Shown here one piece after another: positions 55,253 through 64,000 of a stretch of 64,000 nt of DNA. The position numbers were made by a program, and so were the translations under genes. This DNA comes from an uncultured Actinomycetes bacterium (GTDB taxonomy: Bacteria > Actinomycetota > UBA4738 > HRBIN12). The stretch lies in NCBI GenBank assembly GCA_963700855.1, contig CAVOYV010000001.1, forward strand, positions 853,881-917,880, written 5' to 3'. Under the pieces are notes generated by a model. That model had not been told where the DNA came from. It was given only the letters and a program-made list of their open reading frames with translations, and did not search any database. Positions within the stretch are counted from its first letter, which is position 1, and the number at the start of each line of letters is the position of its first letter.

Positions 55253-56211
55253 GGGACCGATCCGTCGGGTGGGCCGAACCCCGCCGGCACGCGGAGGCGG
55301 GCCCGAACGTCGGCGGGCGAGCCGAGGTTCTTCGCCTTGAGGTACCGAGCGATCCCCTGCGCCACGGTCACGGGTGCCGCCGGGTCGATCATCGTGGCGG
55401 TCCCCACCTGTACCGCCCACGCGCCGGCGAGCAGGCACTCGACCGCGTCGGCGGCGGTCCGGACGCCCCCGCTCGCGATCACCGGCACCCCGGGGACCGC
55501 CCGGGAGACCTCGAACACGGCGCGGAGGGTCATCGGCTTGAGCGCAGGGCCGGACACCCATCCGGTCACGGCACCGAGTTCGGGGGCGAGCCGGTCGGCA
55601 TCGGCCGCGAGACCCGGCGGCGAGCCCGCCACGGTGACCCCGGACGCACCCGCACGGACCGACGCGCGGGCGAGCGACGCCACGTCGTCGACACCGCCCG
55701 GAAGCTTCGCGAACACCGGCACGAGGGACATGCGGGCCACCGCACCGGCGATCTCGGACACACGGTCGACGTGGGCGCCGAGGACCGGGCGCGAGAGCTC
55801 GTCGTCCGGCCCGGAGAGGTAGATCTCGATCGCGGCCACCTGTGGACGCCCCTGAAGGGAGGTCGTGAGCCGCACGAACTCCTCGAGCGTGCCTCCGCCG
55901 ATCGACACGATCACCGGGACCCCCGTCCGTGCGAGTCGATCGAGCTCCTCGCCCACGAAGCCGTCGATGCCCGGGTTCTGCAGGCCCGTATCCCAGACGA
56001 TCCCGGACGGGGACTCGACGATCCGAGGCGTGGGCGCTCCCTTGCGGGGCTCGATCGTGATCGTGCGCGAGACGATCGCCCCCACCTTGTGGAGATCCAC
56101 CAGACCCGTCAGCTCGCGGCCGGAGCCCCCGCACCCGGCGGCGATCATCACGGGGGTGGCCAGGGAGAGCCCCTCCAACTCGACCGACAGCGTCCGTTTC
56201 ACGCCCGCCAT
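55249..56211 (-). CDS. pyrD: dihydroorotate dehydrogenase family 1B catalytic-subunit homolog with a degenerate active site (alternative start GTG 56202)
   Basis: Collinear with PyrD-1B: PTPRIVE, GLQNPG, SGPALKP, IASGGV, VQVGTA. ELNISCPN is replaced by EIYLSGPD. Confidence 0.85.
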   Translation of the reverse strand: MAGVKRTLSVELEGLSLATPVMIAAGCGGSGRELTGLVDLHKVGAIVSRTITIEPRKGAPTPRIVESPSGIVWDTGLQNPGIDGFVGEELDRLARTGVPVIVSIGGGTLEEFVRLTTSLQGRPQVAAIEIYLSGPDDELSRPVLGAHVDRVSEIAGAVARMSLVPVFAKLPGGVDDVASLARASVRAGASGVTVAGSPPGLAADADRLAPELGAVTGWVSGPALKPMTLRAVFEVSRAVPGVPVIASGGVRTAADAVECLLAGAWAVQVGTATMIDPAAPVTVAQGIARYLKAKNLGSPADVRARLRVPAGFGPPDGSVP

Positions 56212-57095
56212 GCCGACTCCCCGGCCCCCGGCCACCGCGTGACCGCCTCGATCCCGCCGGGGGGCGTCGGCAGCATCTTCGGCTCCTCGGACAGCCATCG
56301 ATCCCACAGGATCCTCGCTGGGTTGAACACCGGTCCCTCGGTGCAGGCGCGCAGATGGTCGTAGCCGCTCCCGTCCTTGCGGGCGACCGGCACGACGCAG
56401 GTGTTGCACAGACCGAACCCACAGCCCATACGCTCCTCGATGGCGACCTGGGCGGGGATCCGCAGGTCCCGGCAGACGTCGGCGATCCGGCGGAGCACCA
56501 CCGCCGGCGCGGCCGCGTACAGCACCTCGGTCTTCGTCCGCTCGATCGCTTCGGGCAACGCGTCGACGATCGTCCCCCGATCGCCCAGCGACCCGTCAGA
56601 GGTCACGACCGACACCGTCGATGAGAGCCGCTTCGCCTCGATCGGCTTGAAGACCGATCCGAGCGTGGACCCCCCGATCACCATGTCGACGCGCTTGTGA
56701 CGGGCGAGCAGCTCCTGCGCCAGGAAGTAGAGGGAGGCGGCGTGGCGCCCCTCCGCCACCAGCAGGCAGTTCGTGAGCTTCCTCGGGTACGCGAAGGGCT
56801 TGCCGAGCGGTCCGATCACGTCGAGGAACTCGTGCGCCTTCGCCTGGGCGAGCCAGCGTGATCCCGGTCCCGCGTCGTCGATCGCGAACTCGAGCGTGCC
56901 CGCCCAACCGCCGCGGCGCGACGCTTGGTGGATCGCGTGATGCCGCCGGAGCAGGAACTCGCGGTCCTCGGGCATCGCGATCGCGACGAACTGCCCTGGG
57001 CGCGCGCGGTCGGCGATCTCCGGCGCGACGAGGGTGAGTTGGTGGAAGGCACCGAGCCGGCGGGTCGACAGGATCTCCGCCCGGACACGCTTCAC
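56199..57095 (-). CDS. pyrK: dihydroorotate dehydrogenase electron-transfer subunit homolog (2Fe-2S), FAD/NAD motifs degenerate
   Basis: [31 protein letters not shown]...CTEGPVF. Confidence 0.87.
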   Translation of the reverse strand: MKRVRAEILSTRRLGAFHQLTLVAPEIADRARPGQFVAIAMPEDREFLLRRHHAIHQASRRGGWAGTLEFAIDDAGPGSRWLAQAKAHEFLDVIGPLGKPFAYPRKLTNCLLVAEGRHAASLYFLAQELLARHKRVDMVIGGSTLGSVFKPIEAKRLSSTVSVVTSDGSLGDRGTIVDALPEAIERTKTEVLYAAAPAVVLRRIADVCRDLRIPAQVAIEERMGCGFGLCNTCVVPVARKDGSGYDHLRACTEGPVFNPARILWDRWLSEEPKMLPTPPGGIEAVTRWPGAGESAWRA

Positions 57096-60000
57096 GCGCC
57101 AGCCTCCGTGGCCGCCACGGCCTCATCGAACGTGAGACGGGCCTGCAGCGGCTCCTGCCTCGCCGCCGCATGATGCTCCTGCACGCTCCGGGGCTCGGTG
57201 GGATCGCCCCGCAACGCCTCGATCCCGCGCACCGCGGCGAAGACCCCGGGCAGCGTGGTGATGCAGGGCACGCCGGCCGACGCGCTCGCGGTCCGGATGT
57301 AGGAGCCGTCCGTGCGCGGCGCACGGCCGAACGGCGTGTTGACGACCAGGTCGATCCGACCGCCGCGGATCAACTCGGCGACGTTGTCGGGGCCCTCGCT
57401 CACCTTCGCGACCCGCTCGACGGGGATCCCCGCCCGTTCGAGCACCCCAGCCGTCCCGCCGGTCGCCAGCAACCGGAACCCCATGTCGGCCAGCCGCTTC
57501 ACCGCGAACACGATCGCCCGCTTGTCACGGTTCGCGACGCTGACGAACACCGTGCCCTCCGTGGGCAGCGCATGCCCCGCGGCCACCATCGCCTTCGCGA
57601 GCGCCATCCCCGAATCCGCGTCGACGCCCATGACCTCACCGGTGGACTTCATCTCCGGGCCGAGGACGGTGTCGACGCCGGGGAACCGCCCGAACGGCAG
57701 CACCGCGGCCTTCACGCTCGTGTACGGGAGGTGCCGGTAGTGGTGCGGGTCGCCCGGCAGCACCCCGGTGGCGACCAGGTCCGCGAGCCGCTGACCGGTG
57801 AGCACCAGGGTCGCGACCCGCGCGAGGGAGACACCCGTGACCTTCGACACGAACGGCACGGTCCGCGAGGCCCGGGGGTTCGCCTCCAGCACCCAGATCC
57901 GCTCGTCCTTGACCGCGAGCTGCAGGTTCAGCAGGCCGACCACCCCGAGCCGCCGTGCCAGACGCCGGGTGATGTCCTCGATCACGTCGAGCTCGTCGTC
58001 GGACAGGGTCGCCGGGGGGATCTGGCACGACGAGTCCCCCGAGTGCACCCCCGCCTCTTCGATGTGCTCCATCACGGCGCCGATGAAAACACCGCCCTCC
58101 TCGTCGGCGACCGCGTCGACATCGACCTCGATCGCCCCCTCCAGGAACCGGTCGATCAGGACCGGGTGATCGGGCGAGGCCGCGGCGGCGGTCCGGACGA
58201 ATCCCTCGAGCTCCTCGTCGTCGTAGACGATCTCCATGGCGCGCCCACCCAGGACGTACGACGGGCGCACGACGACCGGGTAGCCGACCTGCTGCGCGAT
58301 CGCCCGCGCCTCCTCCATCGTGCGCGCCTCCCCGTGCGGCGGCGCGGGGATCTCGAGCTCGTGCAAGATCTCGGCGAACTTGCCCCGATCTTCGGCCAGG
58401 TCGATCGCGTCCGGCGAGGTCCCGAGGATCGCGAACCCCTCCTCCTGCAAGATCCGGGCGAGCCGGAGCGGTGTTTGCCCGCCGAACTGCGCGATCACGC
58501 CGGTGGGCCGCTCGGCGCGGCAGACCGCCAGGACGTCCTCGGCCGCCAGCGGCTCGAAGTACAACCGGCTCGACGTGTCATAGTCGGTCGAGACCGTCTC
58601 GGGGTTCGAGTTGATCATCACCGATTCGTAGCCCGCTTCCTCGAGCGCGAACGCCGCGTGCACGCACGCGTAGTCGAACTCGATCCCCTGGCCGATCCGG
58701 TTCGGGCCGGCACCCAGGATCACGACACGGGGCCGGTCGGCGGGACGGACCTCGGTCTCCTCCTCGTAGGTGGAGTAGTGGTACGGCGTGCGAGCCGGGA
58801 ACTCCCCCGCGCAGGTGTCGACCGTCTTGAACACGGGCTCGACCCCGAGCGCCTCGCGGTGGCGACGGACCGCGCCCTCGGTGGCCCCGGTGAGCGAGGC
58901 GAGCCGCGCGTCGGACACACCCAGCCGCTTCGCCTGCCACAACTCGGCTGCACCCAGCATGTGCAGCGGACGTCCGTCGATCCCCGCGATCTCGTCGACG
59001 ACCTGCGCGATCTGGTCGACGAACCACGGATCGATGCCCGACGCCGCCGAGATGTCGTCGACCGGCTGCCCCCCGAGCAACGCACGCTCCACCAGGTGGA
59101 GCCGATCCTCCGTCGGCGTGCCGAGGGCCTCCAGCACGTCCCCCTCGAAGCCCATCACGTGCTCTGCCCCCAGGTCGAACCCGCCCTTCTCGAGACCCCG
59201 CCACGCCTTGCCGAGCGCCTCCTTGAAGGTGCGGCCGATCGCCATCACCTCGCCGACGGACTTCATCGTCGACGACAGGACCGGCGAGGCCTCGGGGAAC
59301 TTCTCGAACGCGAACCGGGGGATCTTCACGACCACGTAGTCGAGGGTCGGCTCGAACGCCACCGGGGTCTCCCCCGTGATGTCGTTCACGATCTCGTCGA
59401 GGAGGTAGCCCACGGCGAGCAGCGCGGCGATCTTCGCGATCGGGAACCCGGTGGCCTTCGAGGCCAAGGCGCTCGAACGCGACACGCGCGGGTTCATCTC
59501 GATCAGGACCTGACGGCCCGTCCGAGGGTCGACGGCGAACTGGACGTTCGAGCCCCCCGTCTCGACCCCGATCACCCGAAGCACCTTGATCGCGTCATCG
59601 CGCATCCGCTGGTACTCGCGGTCGGTGAGGGTCTGTTGCGGCGCCACGGTGATGGAGTCGCCGGTGTGGACCCCCATCGGGTCCACGTTCTCGATCGAGC
59701 ACACGATCACGGCGTTGTCGGCGCCGTCGCGCATCACCTCGAGCTCGAACTCCTTCCACCCGGCGATCGACTCCTCGACGAGGATCTCGCCCACCGGGCT
59801 GGCGGCGAGCCCGCGAGCGGCGAGCGTCGCGAGCTCCTGGCGGTTGTGCGCGAACCCGCTCCCGCCGCCGCCCAGCGTGAAGGACGCCCGCACGATCAGC
59901 GGGTAGCCGATCGTCTCACCGAGCGCGAGCGCCTCGTCGAGCGTGTGCGCGACGCCTGCGCGCGGGACCTCGAGCCCGGCCTCCTGCATCGCCCGCTGGA

Positions 60001-60394
60001 AACCGCTGCGGTCCTCGGCCTTGTGGATCGCCTCGAGCGAGGCGCCGATCAGGGCGATCCCCAGCCTGTCGAGCTCCCCCGATTCGGCGAGCGCGACGCT
60101 GACGTTGAGCCCGGTCTGTCCCCCGAGGGTCGGCAGGATCGCGTCGGGCTTCTCGCGCTCGAGCACCGCCAGGACGGACTCCGGTGTGAGCGGCTCGATG
60201 TACGTACGGTCGGCGAACTGCGGGTCCGTCATGATCGTCGCCGGGTTCGAGTTGACCAGCGAGACCTCGAATCCCTCGGCGCGCAGCACCTTGCACGCCT
60301 GCGTCCCCGAGTAGTCGAACTCGCACGCCTGACCGATCACGATCGGACCCGAGCCGATCACCATGATCCGCTGGACGTCGGTGCGCTTCGGCAC
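57092..60394 (-). CDS. carB: carbamoyl-phosphate synthase large subunit
   Basis: MPKRTD...[68 protein letters not shown]-terminal MGS domain. The GTG overlaps the carA stop. Confidence 0.97.
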   Translation of the reverse strand: MPKRTDVQRIMVIGSGPIVIGQACEFDYSGTQACKVLRAEGFEVSLVNSNPATIMTDPQFADRTYIEPLTPESVLAVLEREKPDAILPTLGGQTGLNVSVALAESGELDRLGIALIGASLEAIHKAEDRSGFQRAMQEAGLEVPRAGVAHTLDEALALGETIGYPLIVRASFTLGGGGSGFAHNRQELATLAARGLAASPVGEILVEESIAGWKEFELEVMRDGADNAVIVCSIENVDPMGVHTGDSITVAPQQTLTDREYQRMRDDAIKVLRVIGVETGGSNVQFAVDPRTGRQVLIEMNPRVSRSSALASKATGFPIAKIAALLAVGYLLDEIVNDITGETPVAFEPTLDYVVVKIPRFAFEKFPEASPVLSSTMKSVGEVMAIGRTFKEALGKAWRGLEKGGFDLGAEHVMGFEGDVLEALGTPTEDRLHLVERALLGGQPVDDISAASGIDPWFVDQIAQVVDEIAGIDGRPLHMLGAAELWQAKRLGVSDARLASLTGATEGAVRRHREALGVEPVFKTVDTCAGEFPARTPYHYSTYEEETEVRPADRPRVVILGAGPNRIGQGIEFDYACVHAAFALEEAGYESVMINSNPETVSTDYDTSSRLYFEPLAAEDVLAVCRAERPTGVIAQFGGQTPLRLARILQEEGFAILGTSPDAIDLAEDRGKFAEILHELEIPAPPHGEARTMEEARAIAQQVGYPVVVRPSYVLGGRAMEIVYDDEELEGFVRTAAAASPDHPVLIDRFLEGAIEVDVDAVADEEGGVFIGAVMEHIEEAGVHSGDSSCQIPPATLSDDELDVIEDITRRLARRLGVVGLLNLQLAVKDERIWVLEANPRASRTVPFVSKVTGVSLARVATLVLTGQRLADLVATGVLPGDPHHYRHLPYTSVKAAVLPFGRFPGVDTVLGPEMKSTGEVMGVDADSGMALAKAMVAAGHALPTEGTVFVSVANRDKRAIVFAVKRLADMGFRLLATGGTAGVLERAGIPVERVAKVSEGPDNVAELIRGGRIDLVVNTPFGRAPRTDGSYIRTASASAGVPCITTLPGVFAAVRGIEALRGDPTEPRSVQEHHAAARQEPLQARLTFDEAVAATEAGA

Positions 60395-61539
60395 TACGCG
60401 CCACCGCCCATCAGGTGGCGGAACTCCTGGAACAGGTACCGGGAGTCGTGCGGTCCCGGGGCCGATTCCGGGTGGTACTGGACGCTGAAGGCCGGCACAT
60501 CGAGGCACCGCATCCCCTCGAGGGTCCCATCGTTCAGGTTCCAGTGGCTGAGCGCCACCCGGCCGTAGTCTGAGAGAGCCTCGCCGTGCGGGTCCTTCAC
60601 CCACCCCTCCGGATCCACCGCGAATCCGTGGTTGTGCTCGTGATCTCGACACGCCCGCTGCGAGGTCCTTCACCGGCTGGTTCACGCCGCGGTGGCCGAA
60701 CTTCATCTTGTAGGTGCGCCCGCCGAGCGCCAGGCCCAGGAGTTGGTTGCCCAGACATACTCGAAGACTTCGGCACCTTGCCGAGCAGTTCGCGCGTCGC
60801 CGCGATCCCGTAGGCGGTGGCGGCGGGGTCGCCGGGTCCGTTCGACAGGAACACCCCGTCGAACCCGCCGTGCGCGACGGCCGCCGCCGGCGACTCGGCC
60901 GGGTAGACGGTCGTCTCGATCCCGTGCGCGGCCAGAAGGCGCAGGATGTTCCGCTTCATCCCGAAGTCGAACGCGGCCACCCGGAAGACCCGTCCGTGCT
61001 CCGTCGCCGCCGTCCCGACGAGGTCCGCCGCCGCCCACGGCTCGGTCGAGGTGACCGTGCGGGCTAGGTCGGCTCCCGCATCCCCGGCGAGGCCTGGACC
61101 CGGCCGACGAGCGACCGAGGCTCCAGGTCGACCGTCGAGGAATCGCGGCTCGCATCGCGCCGTGCTCGCGCAGCCGCAGCGTCAACCGACGCGTGTCGAT
61201 CCCCTCGATCCCGACGACACCGTCCGCCTGCAGGTGCTCCCCGAGCGGAGCTTCGGTATCGCCACGAAGACGGCCTCCGCGTAGCTTCACGGACGACGAA
61301 GCCCGCCACCTGCACGCGCCACGACTCGGGGTCCTCGCCGTTCACGCCGTAGTTGCCCTGCTGCGGCGCGGTCATCGTCACGATCTGCCCCGCGTAGACG
61401 ACGGGTCCGTCAGGACCTCCTGATACCCGGCCATCCCTGTTGAAGACGGCCTCCCCGAAGGTCTCGCCCTCGGCCGCGAACGCCGACCCATGGAACACCG
61501 TCCCGTCCTCGAGCGCCAGCAGCGCGGAGTCCCGCTCAC
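60394..61539 (-). CDS. carA: carbamoyl-phosphate synthase small subunit; several indels and miscalls in this sequence
   Basis: Fragments in several frames: [89 protein letters not shown]. Confidence 0.92.
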
Positions 61540-62826
61540 CGCGTCGCCTCGCGTGGCGACCGTCAGCGTCCCGCGGAGCATCGTGAACCGGACACGACCG
61601 GTGAGGCGCCGTCCGAGGAACGCGCGTTGCGGGCCCTCGACACGAACGGCGTCTTCATCACCCATCCCTGCGGGGTCGAACGCGACGAGGTTCGCCGGAC
61701 GACCCACCTCGATCGGTCCACCGTGGTCGGCCGCCCCGAGGATCCGCGCCGGAGCGACCGTCATCGTCTCCAGGGCACGCATCAGGGACACACGCCCCGG
61801 GTGGACGAGCTCCGTCAGCACGACGCCGAGCGCGGTCTCCAGGCCGATCGTCCCCGGCAGCGACAGGTCGAACTCCGACTCCTTCTCCTCGATCGCGTGC
61901 GGAGCGTGATCGGTCGCGATCACGTCGATCGTCCCGTCGGCGACCGCCTCCCGCAGGGCCTCGCGATCATCCGCCGTCCGAAGGGGAGGGTTCATCTTGA
62001 GGTTCGTGTCGTAGGTGGCGACGTCGTCGTCGGTGAACGTCAGGTGATGCGGCGTGACCTCCGCGGTCACGCGGAGCCCCTCGGCCTTCGCCGCCCGGAC
62101 GAGCTCGACCGCCCTCGCCGACGAGAGGTGGCACAGGTGCAGCCGCCCCCCCCGTGGCGCGCGCCACGGCGAGGTCCCGGGCCACCGCGATCTCTTCCGC
62201 CGCGGCCGGGCGACCCGCGACGCCCATCGCGTACGAGTTGGAGCCTTCGTGCATATGGCCGCCCTCGACGAGCGAGGCGTCCTCGGCATGATCGGCGAGG
62301 ACGATCTCCACCGGGAACGCCTTGGCGTACATCAGGGCGTTGCGGAGCAGCCGTGCGTTCGACACCGTGTCGCCGTCGTCGGAGAAGACCCGGACCCCGG
62401 CGTCGACCATCTCGCCCATCTCCGCCAGCGACTCACCGGCACGACCCTTCGTGATCGCGCCGACCGGGAACACGTCGGCAAGACCGGCGGCCGCGGCGAG
62501 GTCGCGCACCTCGTGCACGATCGCCGCGTGGTCGGTGACGGGGTCCGTGTTCGCCATCGAGGCCACCGCCGTGAATCCACCGGTCGCCGCGGCGCGGGTT
62601 CCGGTCTCGACGGTCTCCTTGTGCTCGAAGCCGGGTTCGCGCAGGTGCGTGTGGAGGTCGACCAAGCCCGGAGCGATGACCAGGCCTCGAGCGTCGATCC
62701 GTTCCGCGCCTTCCGTCGCTTCGGGCCCTGCGATCACGCCGTCGGCGACGACCACGTCGCGCACCTCATCGGTCCTGTTCGCCGGGTCGACGACCCGACC
62801 GCCCTCGAAGACGATCCGCTCGCCCG

Positions 62827-62830
<4 letters not shown>
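61536..62830 (-). CDS. pyrC: dihydroorotase; indels near 62150, 61680 and 61550
   Basis: [53 protein letters not shown]. Confidence 0.94.

Positions 62831-64000
<1,170 letters not shown>

Noticed and set aside
57170-60568. Very long plus-strand ORFs (1132 aa here; also 34560..36668, 13731..16292, 48847..50874, 50765..52603)
   Set aside because: They are antisense shadows of well-supported minus-strand genes, caused by stop-codon scarcity in high-GC DNA, and show no family motifs.
60395-60706. Apparent CarA-CarB fusion in ORF 57092..60706
   Set aside because: The extension contains only a short carA fragment (KMKFGHRG) followed by out-of-frame text. carA has its own TAG overlapping the carB GTG at 60394.

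Overview
This is a GC-rich housekeeping region of an Actinomycetota chromosome. Supporting evidence: the mihF and actinobacterial-type rpoZ genes, a 23S domain III insertion, a tRNA-free 16S-23S spacer, and the pyr-mihF-gmk-rpoZ-coaBC-metK-priA-def-fmt-rsmB-rpe-rib and infC-rpmI-rplT-trmH-pheST gene order. Class II-like AroA, a PyrK/PyrD-1B pair and DeoB suggest a deep-branching, probably uncultured lineage (inference). Almost all genes are on the minus strand, co-oriented with one complete rrn operon; only a DUF1015 gene, an MBL hydrolase and a class A PBP are on plus. An FMN riboswitch precedes the rib operon. I saw no mobile element, CRISPR array or tRNA. Several genes (aroA, pdp, recN, tyrS, carA, pyrC) carry indels, often at homopolymers, that look like long-read consensus errors. 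Main discoveries: (1) an intact TrmH/SpoU methyltransferase fused in frame to a sensor-less HisKA plus degenerate ATPase module; (2) a PyrD-1B/PyrK pair in an otherwise normal pyr operon in which both subunits have lost catalytic or cofactor motifs but keep the fold and the 2Fe-2S ligands; (3) three exact TGTCGG-N10-TAnnnT (PafBC/RecA-NDp-type) promoters before recN, pyrG-nudF-xerD and a tail-less ssb; (4) a perfect parS-like palindrome inside an in-frame AroA insertion; (5) a site-2 protease homolog with HExxH changed to RExxR; (6) infC, coaBC and priA lack canonical start codons and have GTC at or near the expected position; (7) a probably lipid-anchored class A PBP.
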